From an uncultured delta proteobacterium (lineage in GTDB: Bacteria > Myxococcota > Myxococcia > Myxococcales > Myxococcaceae): a DNA stretch of 64,000 nucleotides. The translations under genes were made by a program, and so were the position numbers. This document shows, piece after piece, positions 10,589-20,136 of the stretch (its first letter is position 1; each line of letters begins with the position of its first letter). Location of the stretch: NCBI GenBank assembly GCA_963776345.1, contig CAVZMH010000001.1:160001-224000 (forward strand), read 5' to 3'. The notes under the pieces are model-generated. The model was not told where the DNA came from. It saw nothing but the letters and a program-made list of their open reading frames with translations, and searched no databases.

Positions 10589-11326
10589 ATGGCCCGTGCC
10601 CTGCCCGAGGTCCCCGGACCGCACATCCCCCGGACCCTGTGCATCGACGTCGGCGGGACGGGCCTGAAGGCCCTGGTGCTCGACTCCGCAGCCGAGCCGT
10701 TGACCGAGCGGGTGAGGGTGGAGACCCCACGCCCGGCCACTCCCCGGCGGGTCCTCCAGGCGCTCTGGTCCCTCGTCGAGCCGCTGGGCTCCTTCGAGCG
10801 CATCTCGGTGGGTTTTCCCGGGGTGGTGGTGGAGGGCGTCACCCGGACGGCGCCCAACCTTCATCCGGACTGGGCCGGCTACCCGCTCGCGCGCACCCTG
10901 GAGGATCGCTTCCGCCGCCCGGCCCGGGTCCTCAATGACGCGGGCATCCAGGGCTACGGCGTGGTGGAGGGGCGGGGGGTGGAGATGCTCCTGACCCTCG
11001 GCACCGGCATGGGCTGCGCGCTGTTCAACGACGGGGTGTACGTGCCCAACCTCGAGCTCGCCCACCACCCGTTCCGGAAGAAGAAAACCTACGAGGACTA
11101 CGTAGGCGCGCGCGCACTCGCCGCGGTGGGGAAGAAGCAGTGGAACCGCCGGGTCGCCCGGGTGGTGGCCCAGCTGCTGCCCATCTTCAACCCGCGCCGG
11201 CTGTACCTGGGCGGTGGGAACGCCAAGCACCTCGAGGTCGAGCTGCCGCCGGAGGTGCACCTGGTGGCGAACGTCGCCGGGCTGCTCGGCGGCATCGCGC
11301 TCTGGAGAGGGCACGGCGGAGCATGA
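10589..11326 (+). CDS. ppgK: ROK-family polyphosphate glucokinase-like sugar kinase
   Basis: [38 protein letters not shown]. Confidence 0.82.
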   Translation: MARALPEVPGPHIPRTLCIDVGGTGLKALVLDSAAEPLTERVRVETPRPATPRRVLQALWSLVEPLGSFERISVGFPGVVVEGVTRTAPNLHPDWAGYPLARTLEDRFRRPARVLNDAGIQGYGVVEGRGVEMLLTLGTGMGCALFNDGVYVPNLELAHHPFRKKKTYEDYVGARALAAVGKKQWNRRVARVVAQLLPIFNPRRLYLGGGNAKHLEVELPPEVHLVANVAGLLGGIALWRGHGGA

Positions 11327-11375
11327 CGCTGCGCGTGGACGCTCCGGCCCCGCTCGCCTAGGGTGCGCCGCTGTG

Positions 11376-12140
11376 ATGGTGACGGCCGTGGAGCGCGACC
11401 CGCTGGAGCTGCAGATCCGGGAGCGACCGGTGCCCGCGCACGTGGGCATCATCATGGACGGCAACGGCCGGTGGGCCGAGGAGCGCGGCCTCCCGCGGCT
11501 CGAGGGCCACCGCGAGGGGAGCAACAGCGTGCGCGAGGTGACCCGCACCGCGCGCCGCATCGGCGTGCAGGCGCTCACCCTCTACGCGTTCTCGGCGCAG
11601 AACTGGTCGCGGCCGGCGGAGGAGGTCGCGGGGCTGATGGACCTGCTGCGGGAGTACCTCGAGTCGGAACGGCAGGAGATCCTCGAGAACGGGATCCGGC
11701 TGGACGCGGTGGGCGAGCTGGATCGGTTGCCGCGCTTCGTCCGCGCCCCGCTGGAGGCGGTGCGGGAGGCCTCGGCGCGCAACCGGGGCATGGTGCTCAC
11801 CTTGGCGCTCAGCTATGGCGGCCAGGAGGAGATCGCCGCGGCGGCGGACCTCCTGGTCGGGCGGGCCCGCGCCGGCACGCTCCCCCCGGGGCCGGTGGAC
11901 GTGGAGACGTTCGCCTCGGCGCTGTGGACCGGACGGCTCCCCCCCGTGGACCTGGTCATTCGCACCAGCGGCGAGACGCGGGTGAGCAACTTCATGCTCT
12001 GGCAGTCGGCCTACGCCGAGTTCATCTTCGTGGACACGCTGTGGCCCGAGTTCCGCGCTCGGCAATTCCTCGAGGCCGTGCTGGAGTACCAGCACCGCGA
12101 GCGCCGGTTCGGGCTCACCTCGGCGCAGCTCCCCAAGTGA
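11376..12140 (+). CDS. uppS: Undecaprenyl diphosphate synthase
   Basis: [40 protein letters not shown]. Alternative start GTG 11373. Confidence 0.96.
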   Translation: MVTAVERDPLELQIRERPVPAHVGIIMDGNGRWAEERGLPRLEGHREGSNSVREVTRTARRIGVQALTLYAFSAQNWSRPAEEVAGLMDLLREYLESERQEILENGIRLDAVGELDRLPRFVRAPLEAVREASARNRGMVLTLALSYGGQEEIAAAADLLVGRARAGTLPPGPVDVETFASALWTGRLPPVDLVIRTSGETRVSNFMLWQSAYAEFIFVDTLWPEFRARQFLEAVLEYQHRERRFGLTSAQLPK

Positions 12141-12985
12141 ACGAGAAGAACCGAAACCTGGTGGTCCGCATCGCCACCGCGTTCCTGCTCCTTCCGGCGG
12201 TGCTCGCGCTGCTGGTGCTGGGCGGGTGGTGGTGGGCGGCGCTGGTCTCGGCCGCGGCCGGGATCTGCGCGCGGGAGTACGAGTGGATCACCCAGCGGCA
12301 GCTCGGGCCGGCGCAGGCGCTGGCGGTGTTCGGGGCGGCGCTGATGCCGCTGGCCGCGGCCGCCCGCCCGCTCGGCTTCGCCGCGATCGCGCTCTGGATT
12401 CTCGCCGGGGTGTTCGTCGCCTCGTCGGTCGAGGGGCTGTTCGCCGGCGACCGCGAGCGTGAGCCCACACGCACCGCGCACGCCGTCACCGGTTGCCTGT
12501 ACGCCGGGCTGGGCCTGGCACCCATCGCCGCGCTGCGGGTGGGCCCCGCGGGGCTGCAGTGGGTGATCTCGACGCTGGTCATCACCTGGGGCAACGACAC
12601 CTGCGCCTACTTCGCCGGACGGCTGCTCGGGCGCCACAAGCTCCACCCGGCGGTGAGCCCCAACAAGACCTGGGAGGGGTTTGCGGGCGGCGCGGTGGGG
12701 TCGGTGGCCGGGATGTTCATCGCCCGCGGGGTGGCGTTCCCCGCGCTGAGCACGACGGACTGCTGGGCCCTCGGGCTCCTGGGCGCCGCGCTCGGGCCGC
12801 TGGGAGACCTCTGCGAGTCCATGCTCAAGCGCGCGCACGGGGTGAAGGACTCGGGCAACATCATCCCGGGGCACGGGGGGCTGCTCGACCGGGTGGACGC
12901 CCTGCTCTTCAATGCGCCGGCGGTGTACCTGTACGTGGTCGCCCTCCGCGGACTTCTGGGCGCACCCCTCCCGGGCGCGTTGTGA
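12137..12985 (+). CDS. cdsA: Phosphatidate cytidylyltransferase
   Basis: GTG overlaps the uppS stop; DTCAYFAG, SPNKTWEG, KDSGNIIPGHGGLLDRVD. Confidence 0.96.
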   Translation: MNEKNRNLVVRIATAFLLLPAVLALLVLGGWWWAALVSAAAGICAREYEWITQRQLGPAQALAVFGAALMPLAAAARPLGFAAIALWILAGVFVASSVEGLFAGDREREPTRTAHAVTGCLYAGLGLAPIAALRVGPAGLQWVISTLVITWGNDTCAYFAGRLLGRHKLHPAVSPNKTWEGFAGGAVGSVAGMFIARGVAFPALSTTDCWALGLLGAALGPLGDLCESMLKRAHGVKDSGNIIPGHGGLLDRVDALLFNAPAVYLYVVALRGLLGAPLPGAL

Positions 12986-13019
12986 CCGGGCCGAGCGGCG
13001 GTTAACTTCGGGCCAACGG

Positions 13020-14639
13020 ATGGACCTCCAGAACCTGGCCGCCTTCGTCCTGCTGCTCGGGGCGCTCGTCTTCGTCCATGAGCTCGGGCATTTCCTCTTC
13101 GCGAAGGCCGTGGGGGTGAAGGTCCTGCGCTTCTCGATCGGGTTCGGGCCGCCGCTGGTCAGCTTCACCCGGGGCGAGACCGAGTACCGCATCGCCGCGC
13201 TCCCGCTCGGCGGCTACGTGAAGATGGCCGGCGAGGTGCCCGGCGAGGACGCCACGCCGGAGGACGAGGCCCGCAGCTACCTCGCCCAGTCGCCCTGGAA
13301 GCGGATGCTGATCGTCGTCGCCGGGCCGGCGTTCAACCTCATCTTCCCGCTGCTCATCTTCTTCGGGGTCATCGTCAGCTACCCGCAGCCGTCGACGGCG
13401 GTGCTGCGGGTGGTCCCGGGGATGCCGGCGTCCGAGGCGGGGATCCGGGTGGGCGACGTGGTGAGCGAGGTGGACGGGCGTCCGGTCCGCTCGCTCGAGG
13501 AGATGCAGTGGTCCCTGGTGGGCCGGGCCGGGCAGCGGATCCCCATCGTGGTGCAGCGCGACGGTCGGCCGGTCAGGCTCATGGTGACGCCGTCGGGTGA
13601 GGGAGCGAGCCGCGGCCGCGGGCTGGTCGGCATCGCGCCGAACCGTGCGCCCCCGGTGGTCGGGGTGCAGGCGGGAGGTCCGGCCGACCGCGCCGGGCTG
13701 CGCACGCTCGACCGGGTGATCTCGGTGGACAGCCGGCCGGTGGGAGACCTGCCGTCGCTCGAGCGCGAGGTCGCGGGCGCGAGCGGCCCCGAGCTGACGC
13801 TCCAGATCGTCCGGCAGATGCCGGCCGAGGTCCCGGGCCTGGGGGCCACCGTGCCGGTGCTGGAGACGGTCCGGGTGCCACGGCAGGACGGCGCGGGCAT
13901 GGCCGCGTTCGGGCTCTCGCCCGCGGACATCTACTCGCTCCTCTACGTCGGACGCGTCCTTCCGGGGAGCGCCGCGGCCGATGCGGGGCTGGTGCGCGGC
14001 GACCGGGTGGAGGCCATCGACGGCAACCCGGTCCGCTCGCGCGAGCAGCTGCTCCGGCGCCTCGGCGAGCTGAAGGACCGGCCCTTCCGGCTCTCCTGGG
14101 TGCACGAGGGCGCCGCGCGCGAGGCCGAGCTTCGGCTGCGGCCAGGGAAGGCCGGAGACGCGGTCGGCGGTGAAGGCGAGGGGTTCGACCTCGGCATCCG
14201 CCTCGAGTCGGGCATCCCAGGCGAGAGGCCCTCGGACGCCAAGGTCCGGGTCGGTCCCGGGCTCGCGCTGGTCACGGCGGCGCACCGGCTGGGGGAGACC
14301 GTCGCGGCCACCGCGGCTGGACTGGCGAAGCTGGTGACCGGTCAGGTCTCGCTCAAGAACGTGGGCGGGCCCATCATGATCTACGGCATCGCCGGGAGGG
14401 CGGCGCAGGCCGGGCTGGACAACTTCCTGAATCTCATGGCCCTCATCTCGGTGAACCTGGGGTTGATCAACCTCGTCCCCATCCCCGCACTGGACGGGTT
14501 CCAGCTGCTGTCGGCGGGCTGGGAGGCGGTGCGCCGCCGTCCCATCCCGATGCGTGCGCGGGAGATCGCCAACGCGGTGGGCATCGTGGCCCTCATCGTC
14601 CTGATGGTCCTGGTCTGCGTGAACGACCTGACGCGCTGA
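13020..14639 (+). CDS. rseP: RIP metalloprotease RseP with multiple PDZ domains
   Basis: HELGH, FSIGFG, PLGGYVKM, NLVPIPALDG; follows cdsA. Confidence 0.94.
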   Translation: MDLQNLAAFVLLLGALVFVHELGHFLFAKAVGVKVLRFSIGFGPPLVSFTRGETEYRIAALPLGGYVKMAGEVPGEDATPEDEARSYLAQSPWKRMLIVVAGPAFNLIFPLLIFFGVIVSYPQPSTAVLRVVPGMPASEAGIRVGDVVSEVDGRPVRSLEEMQWSLVGRAGQRIPIVVQRDGRPVRLMVTPSGEGASRGRGLVGIAPNRAPPVVGVQAGGPADRAGLRTLDRVISVDSRPVGDLPSLEREVAGASGPELTLQIVRQMPAEVPGLGATVPVLETVRVPRQDGAGMAAFGLSPADIYSLLYVGRVLPGSAAADAGLVRGDRVEAIDGNPVRSREQLLRRLGELKDRPFRLSWVHEGAAREAELRLRPGKAGDAVGGEGEGFDLGIRLESGIPGERPSDAKVRVGPGLALVTAAHRLGETVAATAAGLAKLVTGQVSLKNVGGPIMIYGIAGRAAQAGLDNFLNLMALISVNLGLINLVPIPALDGFQLLSAGWEAVRRRPIPMRAREIANAVGIVALIVLMVLVCVNDLTR

Positions 14640-15145
14640 CCCGGTGGCGGTCGGGCCGGGCGCTGCGGGCCTGCGTCCTGCTGCTGCTGGTCGCGGGCTG
14701 CGCGCGGAACCTGAGGCCGGACGGAGCGGGAGAGGAGGGCGAGGCGTCCTGGTACGGCCCCGGCCTCTACGGGCGCAAGACGGCGAGCGGCGAGGTGCTG
14801 CGGCCGGGCACGCTCACCGCGGCGCACCGGACGCTGCCCTTTGGCAGCTGCCTCCGGGTGACCAACCTCGAGAACGGGCGGGTGGTGGAGGTCCGGGTCA
14901 ACGACCGGGGGCCGTACGCGGGCGGGCGGATCGTGGACGTGTCCGAGGCGGCTGCCCGCGCGCTGGGGATGCTCGGGAAGGGGGTCACCCGCGTCCGGCT
15001 CGACCGGTGTGGCGGGAGCGCGGAGCTGGGCGGCGCCCGGCCCGGGGAGGTGTCCGGGCCCGCATCCCCCGTCGCAAGTGCCCCCCGGGGCAATCCAGGG
15101 TTGCGTCCACCGGGCAGACCGCGCAAAGCACCCGCCCCGGGATGA
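14636..15145 (+). CDS. rlpA: Septal ring lytic transglycosylase RlpA-family lipoprotein (probable CTG start)
   Basis: Frame upstream of GTG 14795 reads LTRWRSGRALRACVLLLLVAGC...GEASWYG...KTASGE, then TAAHRTLPFG and VNDRGPY..RIVDVS. Confidence 0.88.
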   Translation: MTRWRSGRALRACVLLLLVAGCARNLRPDGAGEEGEASWYGPGLYGRKTASGEVLRPGTLTAAHRTLPFGSCLRVTNLENGRVVEVRVNDRGPYAGGRIVDVSEAAARALGMLGKGVTRVRLDRCGGSAELGGARPGEVSGPASPVASAPRGNPGLRPPGRPRKAPAPG

Positions 15146-15876
15146 TCGTCGCGCTCGACAGCTCCACCCTGACGCTCTCGCTGGCCGTGGGCCGCCCCGG
15201 GGCGCCCGCGCCTCTGGCGGCCGCGCGGCACGGGCCGCCGGCGAAGATGAGCGATCTCCTGCCGGGGGCGCTCCTGGACCTGCTCGCCGGGGCCGGGCTG
15301 TCGCTGGCGGACGTCCGCGGCTTCGCCGTCGGCCTCGGGCCCGGGAGCTTCACCGGGCTCCGCATCGGCCTGGCGACGGTGAAGGGCCTCGCGTACGCCC
15401 GCCGCCTCCCGGTCGCCGGCGCGTCGTCCCTCGCCGCGCTCGCGCTCGAAGGACCCGAGGACACCCCGCTCGCCGCCGTCGCGGTCGCCCGCCGCGGAGA
15501 GCTGTACCTCGGTCGCTACCGCCGCTCCGGCTCGAAGGTGGAGGCGCTGGCTCCCGAGGAAGCCTGCACCGAGGCGGACCTCGCGCGCTGGCTCGTCTCC
15601 GAGCCCGCCGCCCGCGTGCTCGGGCCCGCGGTGCACGAGGTCCACGCTGCGCTCCTCGCCGCGGGCGTTCCCGAGTCCTGCCTCCTCGCGACGCCCGACA
15701 TCCCCTCTGCCTGGGCGGTGGCGAGCCTCGCCGGCGAGCCGTCCGGGTTCGACGTCCAGGCGCTGGCGGCGCTCGAGCCGCACTACGTCCGGGCCTCCGA
15801 GGCCGAGCGAAACCCAAAGTTCCCTCCGCTGCCCGGCCCGGCGCCGGCGGCACGCATCCGAGGCGAGGAGAGCTGA
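15142..15876 (+). CDS. tsaB: tRNA t6A biosynthesis protein TsaB
   Basis: ALDSST, GLGPGSFTGLRIG, LEPHYVRASEAE. Confidence 0.93.
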   Translation: MIVALDSSTLTLSLAVGRPGAPAPLAAARHGPPAKMSDLLPGALLDLLAGAGLSLADVRGFAVGLGPGSFTGLRIGLATVKGLAYARRLPVAGASSLAALALEGPEDTPLAAVAVARRGELYLGRYRRSGSKVEALAPEEACTEADLARWLVSEPAARVLGPAVHEVHAALLAAGVPESCLLATPDIPSAWAVASLAGEPSGFDVQALAALEPHYVRASEAERNPKFPPLPGPAPAARIRGEES

Positions 15877-15879
15877 GGC

Positions 15880-16905
15880 ATGGACCGGAGCTGGGAGGTG
15901 GCGGTGGTGGGCGCCACGGGGGTGGTGGGACGGGAGCTGGTGGGAGCGCTCGCCCAGTCCGGGCATCCGGCGGACCGGGTGCGGCTCCTGGCGTCGGAGC
16001 GCTCCGCCAGCGAGGAGCTGCCGTACGGCGACGGCACGCTGGAGGTCGAGGTCGCCACCGCGGAGGCGCTGCGCGGGACCCGGCTGGCGCTCCTCGCCAC
16101 CCCGGCCGACGTCTCCCGCACGCTGGCCCACGTCGCCGAGGCGGGCGGGGCGCTGGTGGTGGACGCGAGCCGCGCCTTCGTCTCGGACCTCAGGACCCCG
16201 GTGGTCTTCCCGCGCGTGCCAGGCGCTGGGCTGGGCCGCGTGCCGGGCGCCCGCCGCTTCCGCGTGCCGGGGCCGGTGAGCCAGGCGCTCCTCACCTGTC
16301 TCGAGCCGCTCCGGGCCGCCGCGGGTCTGCGGGAGGTGCACTGCTCGGCCTTCATCTCCTCCTCGGCCGCGGGGCGGGACGGGGTGGCCGAGCTCGAGCA
16401 GCAGACCGCGGGCCTCCTCACCTCGCGGGAGCTCGAGGCCACCCAGTTTCCCCACCGGCTGGGCTTCAACCTCGTCCCCCAGGTGGGCCCGTTCAGCGAG
16501 GGCAGTGGCTCGACGCTGGAGGAGCTGTCGTGGCGCGCCGAGACCGGGCTCCTCTGGGGCCGCGCGGCGCCGGCACTCGACGGCACGGCGGTGTGGGTCC
16601 CGACGTTCTACGGGGACCTGGTGCTGATGCACGTGCGCCTGGGGCGGCCGATGACGCCGGCCGAGGCGCGCCAGCTGCTCCAGGCCGCACCGGGGCTCAA
16701 GGTGCTCGACGTCCCGGCCGAGCGCGTCTACCCGATGCCGATGCTGGTCACCGCCGACGACGCCATCCACGTGGGCCGGATCCGCGCCTTCGCCGGGAGC
16801 CCCGACGCCCTGGAGCTGGTCGCGGCCATCGACAACGCCGGCGCCACGGCCCGGCTCTGCCTGGAGGTCGCCGAGCTGGTGACCCGGACGCCCGTGACAA
16901 ATTGA
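15880..16905 (+). CDS. Aspartate-semialdehyde dehydrogenase-like protein (Usg-like; catalytic residues missing)
   Basis: VAVVGATGVVG, LASERS, FNLVPQVG, VGRIR, AIDN; the NPNC segment reads VPGP and the FYGH segment reads FYGD. Confidence 0.85.
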   Translation: MDRSWEVAVVGATGVVGRELVGALAQSGHPADRVRLLASERSASEELPYGDGTLEVEVATAEALRGTRLALLATPADVSRTLAHVAEAGGALVVDASRAFVSDLRTPVVFPRVPGAGLGRVPGARRFRVPGPVSQALLTCLEPLRAAAGLREVHCSAFISSSAAGRDGVAELEQQTAGLLTSRELEATQFPHRLGFNLVPQVGPFSEGSGSTLEELSWRAETGLLWGRAAPALDGTAVWVPTFYGDLVLMHVRLGRPMTPAEARQLLQAAPGLKVLDVPAERVYPMPMLVTADDAIHVGRIRAFAGSPDALELVAAIDNAGATARLCLEVAELVTRTPVTN

Positions 16906-17009
16906 CACAGGCCGCCCCGGCCGGCTGTCGTGTTGACCGTCCCGGGCCCCTCGTTTCCCCTCGGTACGGGGCGCGACAGCTGGCCTCACCCTTGCTATCC
17001 CTCGGACGG

Positions 17010-17936
17010 ATGCCCCCACCCCTTCGCGCGGGACTCCTGGTTCTCGTGCTCGCGAGCCCGGCCGCGTTCGCCCAGACCGTCACCCTGGGGTTCGCCGGGA
17101 GCAGCGTCACCACGAACAGCATCAACCAGGCGGACTGCAACAACGGCAACTCGGTGCGGGTGACCTGGACGGTGGACAGCGCCGTCGTGGGGGACGTCTG
17201 CAACAACATGCAGGTCTTCGTGACCAACAGCAGCAGCTGCCCGGACACGCCGAGCACGGGTTCGACCGATGGGGGGACGGCGGATCAGATCATCGGGACG
17301 GTCAGCATCACCGACCTCGCGGCCGGGACCGGCACGCTGGATGCCTACCGGATCGCCGACATGCCCGGGCTCGGGGGCAGCTGCCCCGATGGGATCGACA
17401 TCAGCAACGCCGTCTGCGCCTCGGTCAACTTCCGGACCGTCGGAGCGACGACCTGCAGCCCGCTCACCAGCTCGACCAACCTCACGCTCCGCTACGACGC
17501 CAAGCCGCCCGTCCCACCGACGGTGAGCCTGCTCGGGCAGGACTCGAAGATCGTCGTGCAGCTGGGCAACAACGGAGAGTCGAGCGTCGCCTACTACCGG
17601 GTCGAGTACGCGCCGCTGCTCTCGACGAGCGACGCCGGCCCCGCGTGGCTCCAGGTGATTCCCGACCTGTCAGCGACGAAGAACAGCCAGACGATCACCG
17701 ACCTGACCAACGACCAGCCCTACGTGGTCCGGGCCTACTCGCTCGACGAGGTCCTCAACCTGTCCCCGCCCTCCGCGGAGCAGACCGCGACGCCCCTGGC
17801 GTCCAACGGGTTCTGGGCCGAGTACAAGTCCGCCGGGGGACACGAGCTCGGAGGCTGCAGCGCCGCCGACGCGACGGTGCCCTCCCTCGTCGGCGCGCTG
17901 GTGGTGCTCGCCACGCTCCTCTGGAGGCGGCGATGA
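17010..17936 (+). CDS. Secreted Cys-containing protein with an FN3-like domain and a MYXO-CTERM-type sorting signal (MXAN_2561-like)
   Basis: Signal peptide (..ASPAAFA|Q); C-terminus GGCS..-hydrophobic helix-WRRR. Confidence 0.8.
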   Translation: MPPPLRAGLLVLVLASPAAFAQTVTLGFAGSSVTTNSINQADCNNGNSVRVTWTVDSAVVGDVCNNMQVFVTNSSSCPDTPSTGSTDGGTADQIIGTVSITDLAAGTGTLDAYRIADMPGLGGSCPDGIDISNAVCASVNFRTVGATTCSPLTSSTNLTLRYDAKPPVPPTVSLLGQDSKIVVQLGNNGESSVAYYRVEYAPLLSTSDAGPAWLQVIPDLSATKNSQTITDLTNDQPYVVRAYSLDEVLNLSPPSAEQTATPLASNGFWAEYKSAGGHELGGCSAADATVPSLVGALVVLATLLWRRR

Positions 17937-18655
17937 GGGCGCTGGCGATGCTGGCTCTCCTCGGCGCGGCGGGGGCGTCCGCCCAGACCGTCGTCCAGGT
18001 CAAGCAGGACGTGGTCCCGGAACCAAAACTGGGCTTCTTCCTCGAGCTGAAGCTCGGCACGCTGATCCCCCGCGTGGGGGACGAGCAGGGGCTCTCCTCC
18101 AACCCCTACCAGACGATCTTCCAGAACAAGAGCATGCTGTACGGGGGCGGGGAGTTCGGCTTCATCGCCTGGCACGGGTACGGAGCGGTGAGCGTCGGGT
18201 TCGCCGCAGGCTACGCGGAGAAGTACGCCCCGGCGCTGCTGGTGAGCAACGGGCAGCCGTCCACCGAGAAGACGGCGCTCATCCTCTTCCCCCTCCGCGT
18301 CCCCGTGTCCTACCGCTTCGACGTCACCTGGTCGCGGTGGCGCATCCCGTTCGTGCCCTACGTCAAGCTGGCGCTGCTGGCGACGCCGTGGAAGGTCACC
18401 AAGGGTGGCAGCACCGAGGTGGTAAACGGCCAGAGCGGGGCAGGCATCAAGTGGGGCTACGGGTTCACCGGGGGCATGGCGTTCGTCCTCGACGTGCTGT
18501 CCAGGCAGATGGCCAAGGATCTGACCAACGACACCGGCATCCGCCACAGCTACATCTTCGCGGAGTACAACCTCGACCAGCTCTCGGACTTCGGGAAGGT
18601 CGGCCTCAACCTGTCGGCCCGCTACTTCACCTTCGGGCTCGGCTTCGAGTTCTGA
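17933..18655 (+). CDS. Outer-membrane beta-barrel protein (MXAN_2562-like)
   Basis: ATG overlaps the upstream stop; signal peptide, amphipathic strands, C-terminal FTFGLGFEF. Confidence 0.78.
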   Translation: MRALAMLALLGAAGASAQTVVQVKQDVVPEPKLGFFLELKLGTLIPRVGDEQGLSSNPYQTIFQNKSMLYGGGEFGFIAWHGYGAVSVGFAAGYAEKYAPALLVSNGQPSTEKTALILFPLRVPVSYRFDVTWSRWRIPFVPYVKLALLATPWKVTKGGSTEVVNGQSGAGIKWGYGFTGGMAFVLDVLSRQMAKDLTNDTGIRHSYIFAEYNLDQLSDFGKVGLNLSARYFTFGLGFEF

Positions 18656-18657
18656 GC

Positions 18658-19314
18658 GTGGCGGTCACCGTCCTCTACTTCGCGGCGGCGCGCGAACGCG
18701 CGGGCACGGCGCAGGAGACGGTGGAGTGGGCCGGTGGACCGGTCCGGCAGCTCCTCGAGCAGCTCGCGTCGCGGCACCCCGACCTCCGCCCGCTGCTCCC
18801 GCACCTCCGGGTCGCGGTGAACCAGGAGTTCCAGCCGCTGGACGCCCCGGTCCCCGACCGGGCCGAGGTGGCGCTGGTGCCTCCCGTCGCGGGCGGCTCG
18901 GGCTGCTTCCGTCTCTCGGAGGCGCCGCTCGCGCTCGAGGAGGTGGTGCGCGCGGTCGGCGGACCGGAGCGCGGGGGCCTGGTGACCTTCACCGGCACGG
19001 TGCGCTCCGAGACGAAGGGCCGCCGGGTCCAGGTGCTGAGCTACGAGGCCTACCCCGGGATGGCCGAGCGCTCCATGGCCGCCATCGGCCGGGAGATCGA
19101 GGAGCGATGGCCGGGCAGCCGGGCGGCCATCGTCCACCGGGTGGGAACGCTCGTTCCGGGGGAGGCGGCGGTGGTCATCGCCGTCTCCGCGCCGCACCGC
19201 GCCGCGGCCTTCGAGGGCTGCCGCCACGCCATCGAGCGGCTGAAGGCGGACGTGCCCATCTGGAAGAAGGAGCGCTTCGAGGACGGCGAGGAGTGGGTCG
19301 GCCTGGGCCCGTAG
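18658..19314 (+). CDS. moaE: Fused molybdopterin synthase MoaD-MoaE
   Basis: VLYFAAARE...VAVNQE...VPPVAGG (MoaD) then FTGTVR, YEAYPGMA, HRVG, SAPHR, VPIWKKE (MoaE). Confidence 0.93.
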   Translation: MAVTVLYFAAARERAGTAQETVEWAGGPVRQLLEQLASRHPDLRPLLPHLRVAVNQEFQPLDAPVPDRAEVALVPPVAGGSGCFRLSEAPLALEEVVRAVGGPERGGLVTFTGTVRSETKGRRVQVLSYEAYPGMAERSMAAIGREIEERWPGSRAAIVHRVGTLVPGEAAVVIAVSAPHRAAAFEGCRHAIERLKADVPIWKKERFEDGEEWVGLGP

Positions 19315-19428
19315 CACCTCGTCCGCGGTGTCCGTCCCGGCGAGTGGTCTCGACACGGGCCATCGCCACGCGCCGAGACCTCGAGCTCCGTCATGCTGTG
19401 CTCCGCGCGCTCTGCCGCGCGCCGCCGG

Positions 19429-20006
19429 TCACTTCTTCGGCGGAGCAGGAGCGGGCGCCGGCGCGGGGGCGGGCGCCGCGGGCGCGGGGGTCGCCGCAGC
19501 CGGAGCGGGCGCGGCCGCAGCTGGAGCAGCCGCCGGAGCCGCGGCCTTCGGAGCCGCCGCAGCCTTCACCTGCGAGGACAGCGCCTTGCACGCCTCGCTC
19601 AGCTCGTCGTGGTGCTGGGTCAGGCAGTCCGCGAGCTTGCCCTTGGTGTGGGGGACCTCGGCGCAGAACTTCGCGATGTCCTCCTTGCACTCGCCGCCGG
19701 TGGACCGGATCTCGGTGAGCCGTGCCCGGCAGCTGTTGGACAGCTCGCCCTCGTGCTCGTTCAGGCAGCGGATACAGCGCGGCCCCCCCCGGGCTGAACT
19801 TCTGCGCAGAACGCCTCGGCGTCCTGCTTGCACGGCGAGCTCGACTTCACCGCGACCACCGGCGGGACGGCCGCCGCAGGGGCCGGCGCTGCCTGCGCGG
19901 CGGCCGGGGCAGCGGGGGCTGGAGTGGGAGCCGGGGGCTTCGTTTGTGCCGCCACCACGCTGACCGCCAGACAGGCACCGAGGACGACGCTTCGTCGCAA
20001 GCTCAT
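19429..20006 (-). CDS. Secreted cysteine-rich repeat protein (GLG1/Cys_rich_FGFR-like) with Ala/Pro tails; frameshift ~19765-19790
   Basis: Two units C-K-x-D-x3-FC...CL-x-H...LS-x2-C split between ORF 19761..20006 and the 19429 frame; signal peptide. Confidence 0.78.
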
Positions 20007-20136
20007 TGGACCCTCTCTTGCAGACCTGGTTCAGGGAACAGCCAAACCTCCCAGGAGCCCCCGACCCGGGCCATCGGACCAAGGTCTCATGGCCTGACTC
20101 GAGCCCCGGAGGAGGAAATGGCTGCTCGACCCAGCG

